Both the position numbers and the translations under genes were made by a program. Source: Nanobdellota archaeon (GTDB lineage: Archaea; Nanobdellota; Nanobdellia; Woesearchaeales; SM23-78). Taken from it: 64,000 nt of DNA. The stretch spans positions 1,430-65,429 of the forward strand of contig JAHJQO010000033.1 of NCBI GenBank assembly GCA_018819305.1, read 5' to 3'. This document shows, in pieces, positions 62,657 through 64,000 of the stretch. A model generated the notes under the pieces. The model saw only the letters and a program-made list of their open reading frames with translations, did not search any database and was not told the origin of the DNA. Position 1 is the stretch's first letter. Each line of letters opens with the position of its first letter.

Positions 62657-63787
62657 TTATTTTTGTTTCCTGCTTTTTATGAGGCTCTGGAGTGCTTCCA
62701 TTGTGTTTGATTTCTTAGGAGTTTCATGACCCAATGGAACATATTCTTGTGAACCAGTTTGTCTTGTCTGATTTGCCTGTTTTCTTATCAAAAGACGTTT
62801 TAATGCATGCTTTGAAGTATCTTTTGGAAATGGCATGGGTGCAATCTGAACAACTTTGTATCTTGAAAAAGCTTCAAACACTTCGCTCAGAGTTGGCTTG
62901 TTGATTTCAATCTCCAATAGATTTTCATTTAATTCCTGGAGTGTGTTTGCAATTGCAAGCAAAGCTTTCTCTGCATTAGGAGTGTACATGACAACTTTGT
63001 GTTTTTCATAACGCACAAAACTTAAACTGATGCCTTTTTCCATTAGCCTCTTAACAATATGTCTGTATCGTCCAGGATATGTCTCAAGATGAATTTCCTC
63101 ATTTCTGGAATAAAGATTTTTTAGCTGGTCAGGTGTTCCTTTACCCAGCAGTTTGCTTTCTTTAATCATGGCAATACTTGTACAAAGATGTTCCATTTCC
63201 TCTAAAAGATGAGATGAAACAATAATTGTAACGCCAGTTTCATTGATTTTCTGAATTAAGCTCCACATATGCTTTCTTAGCATTGGATCAAGGCCACTTG
63301 TTGGTTCGTCAAGAACAAGCACTCTTGGCTGGTGCATAAGAGCACAGCAAAGATCAAGTCGTCTCTGCATTCCACCTGACAAATCCTGGGCAACCCTGTC
63401 TTTTGCTGCCCACAAATCAACCATTCTTAATAATTGTTCAGACCTCTGCCTGATAACTTTGCTGTTAATTTTGTATAACTTTCCAAAATATTTAAGATTC
63501 TCCATAGGAGTCAAATCCTGATAAAAACAGTTGTCCTGCGAAGCAAAACCAAATTTCTTCTTTACAATCTCAGGATATTTAGTAAGGTCTTGACCATAAG
63601 AATAAATATGCCCGCCATCAGCTCTGTAAAAACCAATGAGAGTTCTGAGAAGAGTTGTTTTTCCAGAACCACTCTCTCCCATAATGCCAAAAATTTCTCT
63701 TTCATAGATATCAAAAGAAATATCATTAATTACAGCTCTCTTGCCAAACTTCTTGGTAATATTCCTGAGAGATACTATTGGCTGCAT
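62657..63787 (-). CDS. ABC transporter ATP-binding protein with ~140-aa C-terminal extension
   Basis: 376 aa. Walker A GESGSGKTT, signature LSGGMQRR, Walker B VLVLDEPT. Confidence 0.9.
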   Translation of the reverse strand: MQPIVSLRNITKKFGKRAVINDISFDIYEREIFGIMGESGSGKTTLLRTLIGFYRADGGHIYSYGQDLTKYPEIVKKKFGFASQDNCFYQDLTPMENLKYFGKLYKINSKVIRQRSEQLLRMVDLWAAKDRVAQDLSGGMQRRLDLCCALMHQPRVLVLDEPTSGLDPMLRKHMWSLIQKINETGVTIIVSSHLLEEMEHLCTSIAMIKESKLLGKGTPDQLKNLYSRNEEIHLETYPGRYRHIVKRLMEKGISLSFVRYEKHKVVMYTPNAEKALLAIANTLQELNENLLEIEINKPTLSEVFEAFSRYKVVQIAPMPFPKDTSKHALKRLLIRKQANQTRQTGSQEYVPLGHETPKKSNTMEALQSLIKSRKQK

Positions 63788-63897
63788 AAATCTATATCAT
63801 ATAATCGCGATTATATAAATTTACGTTTTCATTATATAATGGTGGAAAGATTTAAATAATATAATTCTCAAAAGTGATTATTATAAATGAATATTAG

Positions 63898-64000
63898 TCA
63901 GCGACATAAGTAATTAATAAAATTTAGCTTAAAAAAATGTTTATTCCAGAAATTCTCTAAAGAGTCTTGTAATTCGTCAACTGTTTTGTAGTATTTGGAG
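63898..64000 (-). CDS. C-terminal end of an ORF entering from the right edge (function unknown)
   Basis: Reverse frame reads ...SKYYKTVDELQDSLENFWNKHFFKLNFINYLCR* with its stop at 63898..63900. Only 33 aa are visible. The Y-x-x-x-x-EL...F... tail is reminiscent of some DDE transposase C-termini, but that is very weak. Confidence 0.2.
   Translation of the reverse strand, partial: SKYYKTVDELQDSLENFWNKHFFKLNFINYLCR

Overview
AT-rich (about one-third GC by eye), gene-dense archaeal chromosomal fragment. Archaeal identity rests on Taw1, a class-I CCA-adding enzyme, the conserved PIN(Fcf1-like)-Rpo7/E'-Spt4-S24e-S27ae block, NucS, a PAC2 chaperone, an archaeal-type AlaRS, one tRNA-Thr(CGU) without encoded CCA, and TATA-like boxes 25-35 bp upstream of many start codons. 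The many ORFans suggest an uncultivated lineage, but I cannot place it taxonomically from sequence alone. Housekeeping genes: pyrB, pyrD, alaS, cca, taw1, and a LysW-carrier lysine/ornithine operon (lysW, homocitrate-synthase-like, lysX, lysY, lysZ, lysJ, lysK). The 52-aa lysW is missing from the ORF track. Best candidate for an undescribed system: a translationally coupled operon at 5698-9524 with two GshB/RimK-type ATP-grasp ligases, an opine dehydrogenase and an S66 LD-carboxypeptidase, next to a divergent duplicated Lrp-type regulator. Other items worth a second look: (1) an RHH / SEC-C / XRE-ImmA / DUF4411(PIN-like) islet whose last gene has an in-frame TAG; (2) four coupled ORFan genes converging on a Cas4-like Fe-S nuclease; (3) a helically phased T-tract+ACTTAT motif array in a divergent promoter; (4) a two-gene module (divergent isoprenoid-synthase-like protein plus HTH_10 regulator) bracketed by 42-nt direct repeats; (5) a class-2-architecture PyrD with a class-1-type catalytic Cys; (6) a frameshifted galE remnant; (7) a collapsed tRNA-Thr fragment next to the intact tRNA. 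No CRISPR array, rRNA, integrase or clear complete mobile element was seen. All family assignments come from motif recognition by eye; no searches were run.
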